DNA from: Malacoraja senta
Taxonomy: Eukaryota
DNA length: 64,000 nucleotides
Reading direction: 5' to 3'
Assembly: GCA_038087875.1 (NCBI GenBank)
Contig: CM075995.1
Span: 7,194,001 to 7,258,000 of the forward strand
The position numbers and the translations under genes were made by a program. Below are positions 35,644 to 49,087 of the stretch, piece by piece (position 1 is the stretch's first letter; every line of letters begins with the position of its first letter). A model generated the notes under the pieces. That model saw only the letters and a list, made by a program, of their open reading frames with translations. It made no database searches and was not told the DNA's origin.

Positions 35644-36677
35644 AGTCATACCAATAAAAAATCAACAGAACACACAAAATACATTTTAACATAAACATCC
35701 ACCACAGTACAATAGACAATAGACAATAGGTGCAGGAGTAGGCCATTTGGCCCTTCGAGCCAGCACCGCCATTCAATGTGATCATGGCTGATCATTCACA
35801 ATCAGTATCCCATTCCTGCCTTCTCCCCATATCCCCTGATTCCGCTTTCTTTAAGAGCTCTATCTAACTCTCTCTTGAAAGCATCCACAGAATGGGCCTC
35901 CACTACCCTCTGAGGCAGAGAATTCCACTGATTCACAACCCTCTGCGTGAAATTTTTTTTCCTCATCTTAAAGGCTTACCCCTTCTTCTTAAACTGTGGC
36001 CCCTGGTTATGGACTCCCCCAACATCGGGAACATGTTTCATGCCTCTAGCGTGTCCAAACCCTTAATAATCTTGCCTAATGTGAATTTCCTTCAGTACCT
36101 CCGTCACCCTCGATCCTCTGGCCAGTAGTACATCAGGAGATTGTTGTGTCCAACGGTTCAGATCCAAAGTAGCAAGCGTTTGAATGGAGATGCGGTCAGA
36201 GGGCGGTGAATCTGTGGAATTCATTGCCACAGATGGCTGTGGAGGCCAAGTCAGTGGGAGATTGATAGATTGTACACTCTGGAGTTTAGAAGGATGAGAG
36301 GGAATCTTATTGAAACAGATAAGATTGTTAAGGGTTTGGACACGCTGGAGGCAGGAAACATGTTCCCGATGTTGGGGGAGTCCAGAACCAGGGGCCACAC
36401 AGTTTAAGAATAAGGGGTAAGCCATTTAGAACGGAGACGAGGAAACACTTTTTCAGACTCAGAGAGTTGTGATTCTGTGGAATTCTCTGCCTCAGAGGGC
36501 GGTGGAGGCCGGTTCTCTGGATACTTTCAAGAGAGAGCTAGATAGGGCTCTTAAAGATAGCGGAGTCAGGGGATATGGGGAAAAGGCAGGAACGGGGTAC
36601 TGATTGGGGATGATCAGCCATGATCACATTGAATGGCGGTGCTGGCTCGAAGGGCCGAATGGCCTACTCCTGCATCT

Positions 36678-37097
36678 TTTTTTTAAAATTTATTTATTTA
36701 TTTATTCCGAACAAGTAAAGACATTAAAGACATTGATATTAACAAAATCGAAATTATCAAACAATTGAACATTGCAATCAACATTTACAATTGAGAAGAA
36801 CAAAATCAAGGTTCCAATGTCCAACTCAGAGTCTGTACAAGCTTGAAAAGGAGTGAGAAGAAGAATAACTTATTAAATCTCACCCCTTTTCCCACACTTC
36901 TATCGTATTTAAAAATCAATTCCTTACTAATAATAGTACTGCCCTAGGCAATTTCCCCATAATACATACAGACACTTATATACATTCAACTATTATGTAC
37001 ATACAATCTTCATATTTGAAGTACCCAACATCAGTGAACAATAGTAAACAAGATAAACATCAACAATATTAACAAGATAAACATCAACGATTGTAAA
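36678..37097 (-). mobile_element. AT-rich LINE 3'UTR fragment (L2/Crack-like) inserted into a CR1 tail
   Basis: (TAAA)n/poly(A) tail on the minus strand, a GGGGTGAGATTTAATAAGT..TTCTCACTCC hairpin-like motif, and CATCT on both flanks. Confidence 0.5.
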
Positions 37098-37177
37098 CAT
37101 CTATTATCTATTGTCTATTGTTGTGTAGAAAGGAACTGCAAATGCTGGTTTAAACCGAAGATAGACACAATGGTGTC

Positions 37178-37652
37178 GGAATGAGTGGGTTAACCTATGA
37201 TGAGCGTTTGTCGGCACTGGGCCTGTACTCGCTGGAGTTTAGAAGATTGAGGGGGGACCTCATTGAAATGTACAGAATAGTGAAAGGTTTAGATAGAGTG
37301 GATGCGGAGAGGATGTTTCCACTAGTGGGAGGGTCTAGGACTAGAAATCATAACCTCAGAATTAAAGGACGTTCCTTTAGGATGGAGATGAGGAGAAATT
37401 TCTTTAGTCAGAGGGTGGTGAATCTGTGGAATTCTTTGGCACAGAAGGCTGTGGAGGCCAAGTCAATGGAAATTTTTTCAGGCAGAGATACTGTACATAG
37501 ATTCTTGATTAGTACGGGTGTCAGAGGTTATGGGAAGAAGACAGGAGAATGGGGTTAGGAGGGAGAGATGGATCAGCCATGATTGGATGATGGTGGAGTA
37601 GACTTGATGGGCCGAATCGCCTAATGCTGCTCCCATTCCTTATGACCTTATG
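37178..37652 (+). mobile_element. CR1 LINE 3' fragment (third subfamily, TTATGA-type tail)
   Basis: ORF 37181-37558: MSGLTYDERL...RVVNLWNSL. Confidence 0.85.
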
Positions 37653-38315
37653 ATTGATAGGTTGTGTAGGAAGGAACTGCAGATGCTGGTTTAAACCGAA
37701 GATAGACACAAAATGCCGGTGTAACTCAGCGGGACAAACAGCTTCTCTGGAGAGAAGGAATGGGTAACGTTTCGGGTTGAGATCCGTCTGAAGAAGGGAC
37801 TCGACCCGAAACGTCGCCCATTCCTGCTCTCCAGTGATGCTGCCTGTCCCGCTGAGTTACACCAGCATTTTGTGTCTATCTTCGGAGATTGATAGGTTCT
37901 TGACTAAAGCGCAGGAGGATGAGGGGTGATCTTTCAGAGGTGTATAAAATCATGAGAGGAATAGATCGGGTAGAGTCTCTTGCCCAGAGTAGAGGGAATC
38001 AAGAACCTGAGGAGATAGGTTTAAGGTGAGAGGGGAAAAGATTCAATAGGAACCTGAGGGCTAACTTTTTCACACAAATGGTGGTGGGTGTATGGAATGA
38101 GCTGCCGGAGGAGGTAGTTGAGACTTTGTGCATCTAACTTTGTGTCCTTTTGTGGCCTAATTCTGCTCCTCTGTCTTATGATCCCATGATATTCAGTGTG
38201 GTAAATTCCTTAAAGGAACAGGCATTTGCCCAGCGAAGAGAGCAACTAATCATAATCATACTATATTAGCCAAGTATATTTTGCAACATAACAAGAATTT
38301 CACTTGCCACACAGT

Positions 38316-38794
38316 CAATAGACAATAGACAATAGATGCAGGAGTAGGCCATTTGGCCCTTCGAGCCAGCACCGCCATTCAATGTGATCATGGCTGATCG
38401 TCCACAATATGTACCCCGTTCCTGCCTTCTCCCCATATCCCCTGACTCCGCTATCTTTAAGAGCCCTATCTAGCTCTCTCTTGAAAGCATCCAGAGAACC
38501 GGCCTCCACCGCCCTCTGAGGCAGAGAATTCCACAGACTCACCACTCTCTGTGAGAAAAAGTGTTTCCTCGTCTCCGTTCTAAATGGCTTACCCCTTATT
38601 CTTAAACTGTGTGGCCCCTGGTTCTGGACTCCCCCCAACATCGGGTACACGTTTCCTGCCTCTAGCGTGTCCAAGCCCTTAACAATCTTATATAATTCAA
38701 TGAGAGATCCCCTCTCATCCTTCTAAACTCCAGAGTGTACAAGCCCAGCCGCTCCATTCTCTCAGCATATGACGGTCCCGCCATCCCGGGAATT
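38316..38794 (-). mobile_element. CR1 LINE 3' fragment inserted in a non-autonomous retroposon
   Basis: CR1 motifs; AGTCA occurs on both sides (probable TSD). Confidence 0.82.
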
Positions 38795-39289
38795 AAGTCA
38801 TACCAATACAAAGCAACGGAACACACAAAATACATTTTAACATGAACATCCACCACAGTGACTCCTCCACATTCCTCACTGTGATGGAAGGCAAAAAAAA
38901 AGTTCAACCTCTTCCCTTCTTTGTTCTCCCACGGTCGGGCCTTCCGTTGACGGGGCGATCTTGGCTCCTGCATGGGGTGGGGGGGGGGGGGATCTCAGCT
39001 CCCCCACCCCGGGCGATCTAATGCAATCTCATCTTAATAGTAAACTGAGAATGGTACAAATAGACTTGTAGCTCGCTTTTAATTTCAGTCTCAGTAAACT
39101 GTGTTGCAAGCATATGCTTTGAGTTTGAGTTTAGTTAATTGTCCTGTGTACCGAGGTACAGTGAAATGTTTTTTGTTGCTACTATCTACCTCATTACTAC
39201 TATCTACCTCATTGGTGACCCTCGGACTAACCTTGATCTGGCTTTACCTTGCACCAAACGTTATTCCCTTATCATGCAGTGATGAGGGC

Positions 39290-39885
39290 TCTGCAGTTGT
39301 ATAGGGCTCCGGTGAGACCACATCTGGAGTACTGTGTACAGTTTTGGTCTGCTAACTTGAGGAAGGACATCCTTGTGATTGAGGCAGTGCAGCGTAGGTT
39401 CACGAGATTGATCCCTGGGATGGCGGGACTGTCATATGAGGAAAGATTGAAAAGACTAGGCTTGTATTCACTGGAGTTTAGAAGGATGAGGGGATATCTC
39501 ATAGAAACATATACAATTATAAAAGGACTGGATAAGCTAGATGCAGGAAAAATGTTCCCAATGTTGGGCGAGTCCAGAACCAGGGGCCACAGTCTTAGAA
39601 TAAAGGGGAGGCCATTTAAGACTGAGGTGAGAAAAAACATTTTCACCCAGAGAGTTGTGAATTTGTGGAATTCCCTGCCACAGAGGGCAGTGGAGGCCAA
39701 GTCACTGGATGGATTTAAGAGAGAGTTAGATAGAGCTCTAGGGGCTAGTGGAATCAAGGGATATGGGGAGAAGGCAGGCACGGGTTATTGATTGGGGACG
39801 ATCAGTGATGATCACAGTGAATGGCGGTGCTGGCTCGAAGGGCCGAATGGCCTCCTCCTGCACCTATTTTCTATGTTCTATGTTT
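39290..39885 (+). mobile_element. CR1 LINE 3' fragment
   Basis: ORF 39249-39791 has CR1 ORF2 C-terminal motifs and a TTCTATGT tail. Confidence 0.88.
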
Positions 39886-40019
39886 CGTGTATCTATACAC
39901 TGTAAATGGCTCTGTTGTAATCATGTATTGTCTTTCCGCTGACTGGATAGCACGCAACAAAAGCTTTTCACTGTACCTCGGTACACGTGACAATAAACAA
40001 CACTGTGAACTATCCAACT

Positions 40020-40503
40020 GTCCGCAGTGTACAGATACAGAATAAGGGAATAACATTGAGTGCAAGATAAAGTCCGATCAACGATAGTCCGAGGGTCTCC
40101 AATGAGGTGGATGGTAGCTCAGGACCGCACTCTAGTTGTTGATGGGATGGTTCAGTTGCCTGATAACAGCTGGGAAGAAACTGTCCCTGAATCTGGAGGT
40201 GTGTGTGTTTTCACACTTCTGTACCTCTTCCCGATGGGAGAGGGGAGAAGAGGGAGTGACCGGGGTGAGACTGGTCCTTGATGATGCTGCTGGCCTTGCC
40301 CAGGCAGCGTGAGGTGTAGATGGAGTCGATGGAAGGGAGGTTGGTTTGTGTGATGGTCTGGGCTGCGTCCACAATTCGCTGCAATTTCTTGCGGTCTTGG
40401 ATGGAGCTGTTCCCAAACCGAGCCGTGACGCATCCCGATAAAATGCATTCTGCGGCGCATCTGTAGAAGTTGGTGAGAGTTGTTGGGGACGTGCCGAACT
40501 CCA
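40020..40503 (-). mobile_element. Rex1/Babar-like 3' fragment
   Basis: TNFYRC..E.ILSGC...SHPGHSLFSPLPSG...FRDSFFPAVIRQLN. Confidence 0.78.
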
Positions 40504-41169
40504 CACTGTGAATCTGGTGGAACCACCAGGGATTTGATGCTGACCTGTTTTTGATGTGTCCCACACCATTTGATCATGTTTTCTTTCTGCAGTGGAATTA
40601 AGAGAACTCGTAAGTTCATACGTCAACAGACAATAGACAATAGGTGCAGGAGTAGGCCATTCGGCCCTTCGAGCCAGCAGCGCCATTCAATGTGATCAAG
40701 GCTGATCATCCCCAATCACTACCCCGTTCCTGCCTTCTCCCCATATCCCCTGACTCCGCTATTTTTAAAAGCCCTATTTAGCTCTCTCATGAAAGCATCC
40801 AGAGAACCTGCCTCCACCGCCCTCTGAGGCAGAGAATTCCACAGACTCACCACTCTCTGTGAGAAAACGTGTTTCCTCGTCTCCGTTCTAAATGGCTTAC
40901 TCTTTATTCTTAAACTGTGGCCCCTGGTTCTGGACTCCCCCAACATCGGGAACATGTTTCCTGCCTCTAGCGTGTCCAAGCCCTTAACAATCTTTCAATG
41001 AGATGCCCTCTCATCCTTCTAAACTCCAGAGTGTAAAAGCCCAGCTGCTCCATTCTCTCAGCATATGACAGTCATAGGGGCAGAATTGGGCCATTCGGCC
41101 CTACCCTGCCATTCAAACATGGCTGATCTATCTTTCCCTGCTAACCGCACTAGACTTGGTGACACAGCA

Positions 41170-41442
41170 CGCAAACAGGCCCTTCGGCCCACCGGGTCCG
41201 TGCATACCAACGATCATCCCGTACAGCTACACTAGGGATAGTTTACAATTTTACAGAAGCTCAATGAACCTACAAACCTGCACGTCTTCGGAGTGTGGGA
41301 GGAAACCGGAGCACCCGGAGAAAACCCAGGCAGGTCACGGGGAGAAGGTACAAACTCCGTACAGACAGCACCCGTAGTAGTGATCGAACCCGGGTCTCTG
41401 GCGCTGTGAGGCAGCAACTCTACCGCTGCGCCATTGTGCCAC
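41170..41442 (-). mobile_element. V-SINE
   Basis: Reverse complement, near full length. Confidence 0.8.
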
Positions 41443-41538
41443 CCTGGCTTTGGTATAAACCAGCATCTGCAGTTCCTTGTTATTACATGGAAAGAATAAA
41501 GTTGGATTAGATTGGCCTAGAAAAAAAAGACACAAACT

Positions 41539-41814
41539 GCTGGAGTAACTCAGCGGGTCAGGCAACATCTGTGGAGAACATGGATAGGTGACGTTTCACA
41601 GAGTGCTGGAGTAACTCAGCGGGTCAGGCAGCATCTGTGGAGAACAGGGATAGGTGACGTTTCACAGAGTGCTGGAGTAACTTAGCGGGTCAGGCAGCAT
41701 CCGTGGAGAACATGGATAGGTGACGTTTCACAGAGTGCTGGAGTAACTCAGCGGGTCAGGCAGCATCTGTGGAGAACATGGATAGGTGACGTTTTGGGTC
41801 GGGCCCTTCTTCAG
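41539..41814 (-). repeat. 66-bp tandem array (4 units) of the Penelope-like repeat arm
   Basis: Units start at 41539, 41605, 41671 and 41737; the strand is given relative to the hammerhead-sense orientation. Confidence 0.9.
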
Positions 41815-42072
41815 ATTGATAGATTGAAGAGTGTAGATTGGTATAGGTTGGTAGTTGGCATGGTCTCGGTGGGCCGAAGGGCCTGTTTCCACCCTGTATT
41901 TATCAATGACTCACTGCTTTAGGTCCAGCTTTGGTTAAGTCCGTTTGCAAATAGACCAGGTAACTGAGAGTGAATGATTCACATGCGAGATATTAATGCT
42001 TCCATGGTTTCTTCGTTATCACCTGTACCCGGGTGGAGTGAAATACTTTTTTTGCATTCAGTACAGCAAGAC

Positions 42073-42590
42073 CTAATTTGAGGAAGGACATTCTTACTAT
42101 TGAGGGAGTGCAGCGTAGGTTTGCAAGGTTAATTCCCGGGATGGCGGGACTGTCATATGCTGAGAGACTGGAGCGGCTGGGCTTGTACACTCTGGAGTTT
42201 AGAAAGATGAGAGGGAATCTTATTGAAACATATGATTATTAAGCTAGAGGCAGGAAACATGTTCCCGCTGTTGGGGGAGTCCAGAACCAGGGGCCACACA
42301 GTTTAAGAATAAGGGGTAAGCCATTTAGAACGGAGACGAGGAAACACTTTTTCTCACAGAGAGTTGTGAGTCTGTGGAATTGTCTGCCTCAGAGGGCGGT
42401 GGAGGCCGGTTCTCTGGATACTTTCAAGAGAGAGCTAGATAGGGCTCTTAAAGATAGCAGAGTCAGGGGATATGGGGAGAAGGCAGGAACGGGGTACTGA
42501 TTGGGGATGATCAGCCATGATCACATTGAATGGCGGTGCTGGCTCGAAGGGCCGAATGGCCTACTCCTGCACCTATTGTCTATTGTCTAT
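42073..42590 (+). mobile_element. CR1 LINE 3' fragment
   Basis: Same CTATTGT-tail subfamily as 3986-4530. Confidence 0.85.
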
Positions 42591-45500
42591 GAGAATAACC
42601 GCGTGGGTTTTCTCCGGGTTTTCTCCGGTTTCCTCCCAACACTCTAAAGACGTTCGGGTTTGTAGGTTAATTGGCTTTGGTAAAAATTGTAAATTGTCCC
42701 CAGCGTGTGTAGGATAGTGTTAGTGTGCGGGGATCGCTGGTTGGTGCGGAGTCGATGGGCCGAAGGGCCTGTTTCGGAGCCGTATCTCTAAACAAAACTA
42801 AATTAAACATAGGGTTGATACTGGCAAAGATAGTATAGACATGACATAGAGAGGATAGACAGTGGGACAGAGTGGCATGTTCATAAATTCACAAGTGATA
42901 GGAGCAGAATTAGGCCATTCGGCCCATCAAGTCTACTCCGCCATTCAATCATGGCTGCTCTATCTCTCCCTTCAAATCCCATTCTGCTGCCTTGCCCCCA
43001 TAACCCCTGACACCCGCACTAATCAAGAATCTCTCCGTCTCTGCCTTAAAAATATCCACTGACTTGGCCTCCACAGCCTTCTGTGGCAAAGAATTCCACA
43101 GATTCACCACCCTCTGACCAAAGAAACTCCTCCTCATCTCCTTCCTAAAGGAACGTCCTTTTATTCTGAGGCTGTGGCCACTGGGCCTGGACTCTCCCAC
43201 CAGTGGAACCATCCTCTCCACATCCACTGTATCCAGGCCTTTCACTGTTCGGCATAGAGTGAGTAGAGAGTCAAAAGTCAAGAGTGTTTTATTCTCATTT
43301 GTCCCAGGTAGAACAATCCAATTCCTACTTGCAGCAGCACAGCAGAATATGTAAACACAGTGCACTGGAATCGATCTAATAAACGAGAAAAAAAAGTTCA
43401 GTGTGTGTATATGGACACATACTCACAAATACACATATACACAGATGCATTCCTCATTCGTGTAACCTGCTTGTGGCCATTCTTCCATCTACTGCTGCCT
43501 AATCCCCCGGCCCTCTCTCCCGAGCTCCCTCAATCATGGCTGCTCCCTTTTCACATTCCTCACGGAAACTCACCGAATGGTGAAAGGCCTGGATAGAGTG
43601 GATGTGGAGAGGATGTTTCCACCGGTGGGAGAGTCTAGGACCAGAGGGCACAGCCTCAGAATTAAAGGACCTACCTTTAGAAAGGACTTGAGGAGGAATT
43701 TCTTTGGTCAGAGGGTGGTGAATCTGTGGAATTCTTTGCCACATGAGGCTGTTGAGGCCTAGTCAGTGGATATTTTTAAGGTGGGGTTTGACAGATTTTT
43801 GATTAGTGCGGGTGTCAGGGGTTACGGGGAGAAGGCAGGGGTTGGGAGGGAGAGATAGACAACAGACAATAGGTGCAGGAGTAGGCCATTCGGCCCTTCG
43901 AGCCAGCACCGCCATTCAATGTGATCATGGCTGATCATCCCCAATCAGTACCCCGTTCCTGCCTTCTCCCCATATCCCCTGACTCCGCTATCGTGAAGAG
44001 CCCTCTTGAAAATATCCAGTGAACCGGCCTCCACCGCAGAGAATTCCACACTCACCACTCTCTGTGAGAAAAAGTCTCCGTTCTAAATGGCTTACATCCT
44101 TATTCTTAAACGGTGGCCCCAGATGGATCGGCCATGATTGAGTGGCGGGGTAGACTTGGTGGGCCGAATGGCCTCATTCTGCTCCAAGAACTTATGACCT
44201 AAGTGACATTCCATCGATTCATTCCTCCCTTTCACATGGTGTCAAGAATTCCTTTTTAACATTCACACATGTCCTTTGAACAGAAGGGATCATTGTGTCA
44301 ATGTTGTTTGTGTTGCAAATCCTTAATAGGTTATTTGTCTCTTGTCGGCAGCAGGGAGTGGTCCAACCGGGCAAGCATCCTTCCTTCTAGAATCTTCACC
44401 AATCCTTCCTACTATCCACCTCTTTGATGACGCTCGCACTTTCCTTGATCGGACTTTACGAAAACATTATAAGGTCATAAGTGACAGGAGCAGAATTAGG
44501 CCATTCGGCCCATCAGGTCTACTCCGCCATTCAAACACGGCTGATCTATCTCTCCTCCTAACCCCATTCTCCTGCCTTCAAGTTCAAGTTCAGGTTGGTT
44601 CACATTGATTGCCACATGCACCCATTAAGGTCCAGTGGAATTTGACTTCCCATGCAGCCGAATACTTTAGAACGGAGACGAGGAAACACTTCTTCACCCA
44701 GCGAGTTGTGAATCTGTGGAATTCTCTGCCTCAGAGGGCGGTGGAGGCCGGTTCTCTGGATACTTTCAAGAGAGAGCTAGATTGGGCTCTTTAAAGATAG
44801 CGGAGTCAGGGGATATGGGGAGAAGGCAGGAACAGGGTACTGATTGGGGATGATCAGCCATGATCACATTGAATGGAGGTGCTGGCTCGAAGGGCCGAAT
44901 GGCCTACTCCTGCACCTATTGTCTATTGTCTATTATCATATTTCCAAACTCCAGCGAGTACAGGCCCAGTGCCGACAAACGCTCATCACAGGTTAACCCA
45001 CTCATTCCTGGGATCATTCTCGTGAAACCTCCTCTGGACCCTCTCCAGAGCCGGCACATCCTTCCTCAGATATGGTGCCCAAAACTGCTCGCAAGACTCC
45101 AAATGTGGCCTGACCAGGGCCTTATAGGGCCTCAGCGTTGCGTCGTAAAGTCACCCAATTCCTTCTCTCCAGGGATGCGGCCTGTCCCGCGGAGTTACTC
45201 CGGCCATCTTCTACGCCAATGTAGACTTGGATTTTGACTCCCTTGTTATGAACTCCCAAACTATAAATTGCATGTAATTTGTAGGATTAATAGGGAGAAT
45301 GACTCGAGCTCGGTGATTCATTTTTTAATCATACCGCAGGTGCTGTTGTGACAGTGATCGTAACGCTAAGAATTAAATTATAGTGGGCCGCTGGAGGAGT
45401 AATCTTTCACACGGTGAAGGGTTTAAAATTAGATAGGATTTCCATAGAAACACGAAAGCTACGCTCTCTCTACAGTTTTTGAGGCCTCACCGTCTCTCAC

Positions 45501-45925
45501 TTATATTTATTGAACAAGAGGTTTAGACGTGAAAAAAAACTGCGCACCAATTAACATGGAGTTTTAGGCAATATTAACTTAGGACTTTAAAATGTGACTT
45601 AAAGTTTATAGACTTTAGGCTTTCGATTTTTACGGCCCACCCAGTCTGTACTGACAGACAGCACAGGGAGGGCGGAGTTGCTGCCTCACAGCGCCAGAGA
45701 CCCGGGTTCGATCCTGACTACGGGCGCTGTCTGCACGGAGTTTGCAGGTTCTCCCCGTGACCTGTGCGGGTTTTCTCCGGGATCTCCGGTTTCCGCTCGC
45801 ACTCCAAAGGTCGGTCGGCCAATTGGCCTGGTGTATTTGTAAATCCTCCCTGGTGTGTGTAGGATTGTGTTAGTGTGTAGGGTCGCTGGTCGGTGCCGAC
45901 TCGGTCTCCCCACACCCCCAAGATG

Positions 45926-46545
45926 TATTCATAGCAAAAGGATTTGAGTATAGGAGTTGTATAGGGCCTTGGTGAGACCACGCCTGGAGTATTGCGTCCA
46001 GTTTTGGTCTCCTAATCCTGAGGAAAGACGTTCTTGCCATAGAGGGAGTACAGAGAAGGTTCACCAGACTGATTCCTGGGATGGCAGGACTTTCATATGA
46101 AGAAAGACTGGATAGACTCGGCTTGTACTCGCTAGAATTTAGAAGATTGAGGGGGGGGGATCTTATAGAAACTTACAAAATTCTTAAGGGATTGGACAGG
46201 CTAGATGCAGGAAAGATTGTTCCCGATGTTGGGGAAGTCCAGAACAAGGGGTCACAGTTTAAGGATAAGGGGGAAGTCTTTTAGGACCGGGATGAGAAAA
46301 AAAAATTCACACAAAGAGAGTGGTGAATCTGTGGAATTCTCTGCCACAGAAAGTAGTTGAGGCCGGTTCATTGGCTATATTTAAGAGGGAGTTAAATGTG
46401 GCCCTTGTGGCTAAAGGGATCAGGGGGTATGGAGAGAAGGCAGATACAGGATACTGAGTTGGATGATCAGCCATGATCATATTGAATGGCGGTGCAGGCT
46501 CGAAGGGCCGAATGGCCTACTCCTGCACCTATTGTCTATGTTTCT
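45926..46545 (+). mobile_element. CR1 LINE 3' fragment
   Basis: Close match to the 30645-31393 subfamily, frameshifted. Confidence 0.85.
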
Positions 46546-47862
46546 GTGTACAGTTTTGTAGGTTCATTGCTTCGGTATAATTGTAAACCAGTGTGTGTGG
46601 GATAGCATTAGTGTACGGGGTGATCGCTGGTCGGTGTGGACTTGTTGGGCTGAAGGGCCTGTTCTCGCGTGGTATGTCTCGAGTCTAAAGGCATCCATTT
46701 TAAATATGTCGTATCCATGAACCAGATTTTAGGTATTTCCCACCACAGGTTTAGGTCGACCAGCGATGTAATGCTGAGGCCCTACAAGGCGCTGGGCAGG
46801 CCACATTTGGAGTATTGTGAGCATCTTTGGGGCCTATATCTGAGGAAGGATGTGTTGGCTCTGGAGAGGGTCCAGAGGAGGTTTACGAGAATTGATCCCA
46901 ATGATCCAGGGGAAGAAAGGTGTCGACCCGAAAAAGTGACCCCAGCAGGAGGGAAGAAAGGTCTCGACCCAAAACGTCACCCGTTCCTTCTCTCCATAGA
47001 TGCTGCCTCACCTGCAGAGTTACTCCAGCATTTTTTGTCTACCAGTGATGAGTGGGTTAACACACGATGAGCGTTTGACGGCACTGGGCCTGTACTCGCT
47101 GGAGTTTAGAAGGATGAAGGGTAGGGGGGGGGGGGGAACCTCAATGAAACATACAGAATAGTGAAAGGCCTGGATAGAGTGGATGCGGAGAGGATATTTC
47201 CTCTAGGACCAGAGGCCACAGCCTCAGAATTAAAGGACGTGCCTGTAGAAAGGAGATGAGAAGGAATTTCTTTCGTCAGAGGGCGGTGAATCTGTGGAAT
47301 TCATTGCCACAGACGGCGGTGGAGGCCAAATCAATGGGCGTTTTTAAGGCAGAGATTGATTAGTACCAGTGTCAGGGGTTATGGGAAGAAGGCAGGAGAA
47401 TGGGGTTAGGAGGGAGCGCTATATCAGCCATGATAGAATGGCGGAGTAGACTTGATGGGCCGAATGGCCTAATTCTGCTCCTCTCAGTTCTGAACATGAC
47501 AACTTGCTGTTCGAGTGACCCTGGTCTTGAACTTGTCCGTTCGCATGAAGAAACTGAGCCAGCATTCACTATTAATCATTGTTTACAGCTGCTGACTGAC
47601 GCGTTTGCTTGCCAAAGTCTATCCATTCAGCATTTTACCCTTTTTTGGGCATTTTGGGCCCAATAGGGAGATGGCAGGAGAATGGGGTTTGGAGGGAGAG
47701 ATAGATCAGCCACGATAGAATGGCAGAGCAGCCTCGATGGGCCGAATGGCCTTATTCTGCTCCGATCACTTCTGGAAACAGTCACAATTCCCACGTGGCA
47801 GATGATAACATTATAGATAGATGGTTAAAAGAATGAAAAGTATAAAACTAGATCCCCCTGTG

Positions 47863-48155
47863 GGGCGGCACGGTGGCGCAGCGGTAGAGTTGCTGCCTCA
47901 CAGCGCCAGAGACCCAGGTTCGATCCTGACTACGGGTGCTGTCTGTACGGAGTTTGTACCTTCTCCCTGTGTGACCTGTGTGGGTTTCCTCCAGGTGCTC
48001 CGGTTTCCTCCCACACTCCCAAGACGTGCGGGTTTGTAGGTTAATTGGCTTCGGTAAAATTGTAAGTGTGTGTAGGATAGTGTTAGTGTGCGGGGATCGC
48101 TGGTGGCTCGGACTCGGTGGGCCGAAGGGCCTGTTTCCATGCTGTATCTCTAAAG
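47863..48155 (+). mobile_element. Full-length tRNA-derived V-SINE (HE1-like); representative of roughly 20 full or partial copies in the window
   Basis: A box TGGCGCAGCGG, B box GGTTCGATCC, V-domain (TTCTCCC.GTG...GTGGGTTT..TCCGG...TTTCCTCCCACACTCC), and a CR1-like tail ending TGTATCTCTAAA. Confidence 0.88.
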
Positions 48156-48368
48156 TCCAAAGTCTTAGCTGCAGCTAAATGAAAAGGAGACTTGTTTACA
48201 ACAGGGAAGTAGGCCATTTGGCCTGTAGGTTTCGTGCTGGGATGACCACAGAGAGATGTATAAAATCAGGAGGGGAATAGATCGGGTGGACGCACAGAGT
48301 CTTTTACCCAGAGTAGGGGAATCAAGAACCAGAGAACATAGGTTTAAGGTAAGGGGGGGAAAGAGTTA

Positions 48369-48728
48369 AGGGCCTGTCCCACTGTACCAGGTAATTCAAG
48401 ATTTCTCCCGAGTTCTCCCCTGATTCGAGCTCGTGTAATGTACATAGCGGGTACGTGGGAGTACGTGGATGTCCCGTGGTGGCTCGTACGAGTAACGGTG
48501 GGTACTCGGGAAATCCGGTAAACTCGTGACGTTTTTTTCAACACTGCGAAAAATGTCCACGAGTAAAAAAATACTCGTGATGAAAAAAATGGTCACTTTT
48601 TACTCGTACGAGCCGGCTTCGAGACATCCACGAGCCCCCACGTACCCGCTACGTACATTACGCGAACTTCGAATCAGGGGAGGACTCGGGAGAAGTCTTG
48701 AATTACCTCGCCCAGTGGGACAGGCCCT
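48369..48728. mobile_element. PIF/Harbinger-type MITE with long imperfect inverted arms
   Basis: TIRs AGGGCCTGTCCCACTG / CAGTGGGACAGGCCCT and a TTA TSD (48366-48368, 48729-48731) inside a CR1 fragment. Confidence 0.82.
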
Positions 48729-49087
48729 TTAATAGGAATCTGAGGGGCAACTTTTCAACACAAAGAATGATGGGTATATGGAACGAGCTGCCAGAGGAGG
48801 TAGTTGAGGCAGGCACTATAACCACATTTAACAAACATTTGGACAGGTACATGGATAGGACAGGTGCAGAGAGCCGAATGCAGGTGGGACTAGTGTAGAT
48901 GGGGCATGTTGGTCAGTAGGGAGAAGTCGGGCTGAAGGGCCTGTTTCTCTGCTCCATGGCTCTATGACGGGTCCACTCCGGAAACCTCATCACAAGTCCT
49001 TGATTCTTCTACTCTGGGTAAAAGTCTCTGCTTCGCCCTATCAATGACCCTCATGTTTCTGTACACCTCGACAAGATCACCCCTTAT

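Noticed and set aside
41539..41814. CRISPR-like regular repeats
   Set aside because: Pure tandem units without unique spacers; eukaryotic context; no cas genes.
47863..47935. tRNA-like sequences with A/B boxes (many copies)
   Set aside because: They are SINE heads followed by a V-domain and LINE tail, not tRNA genes.
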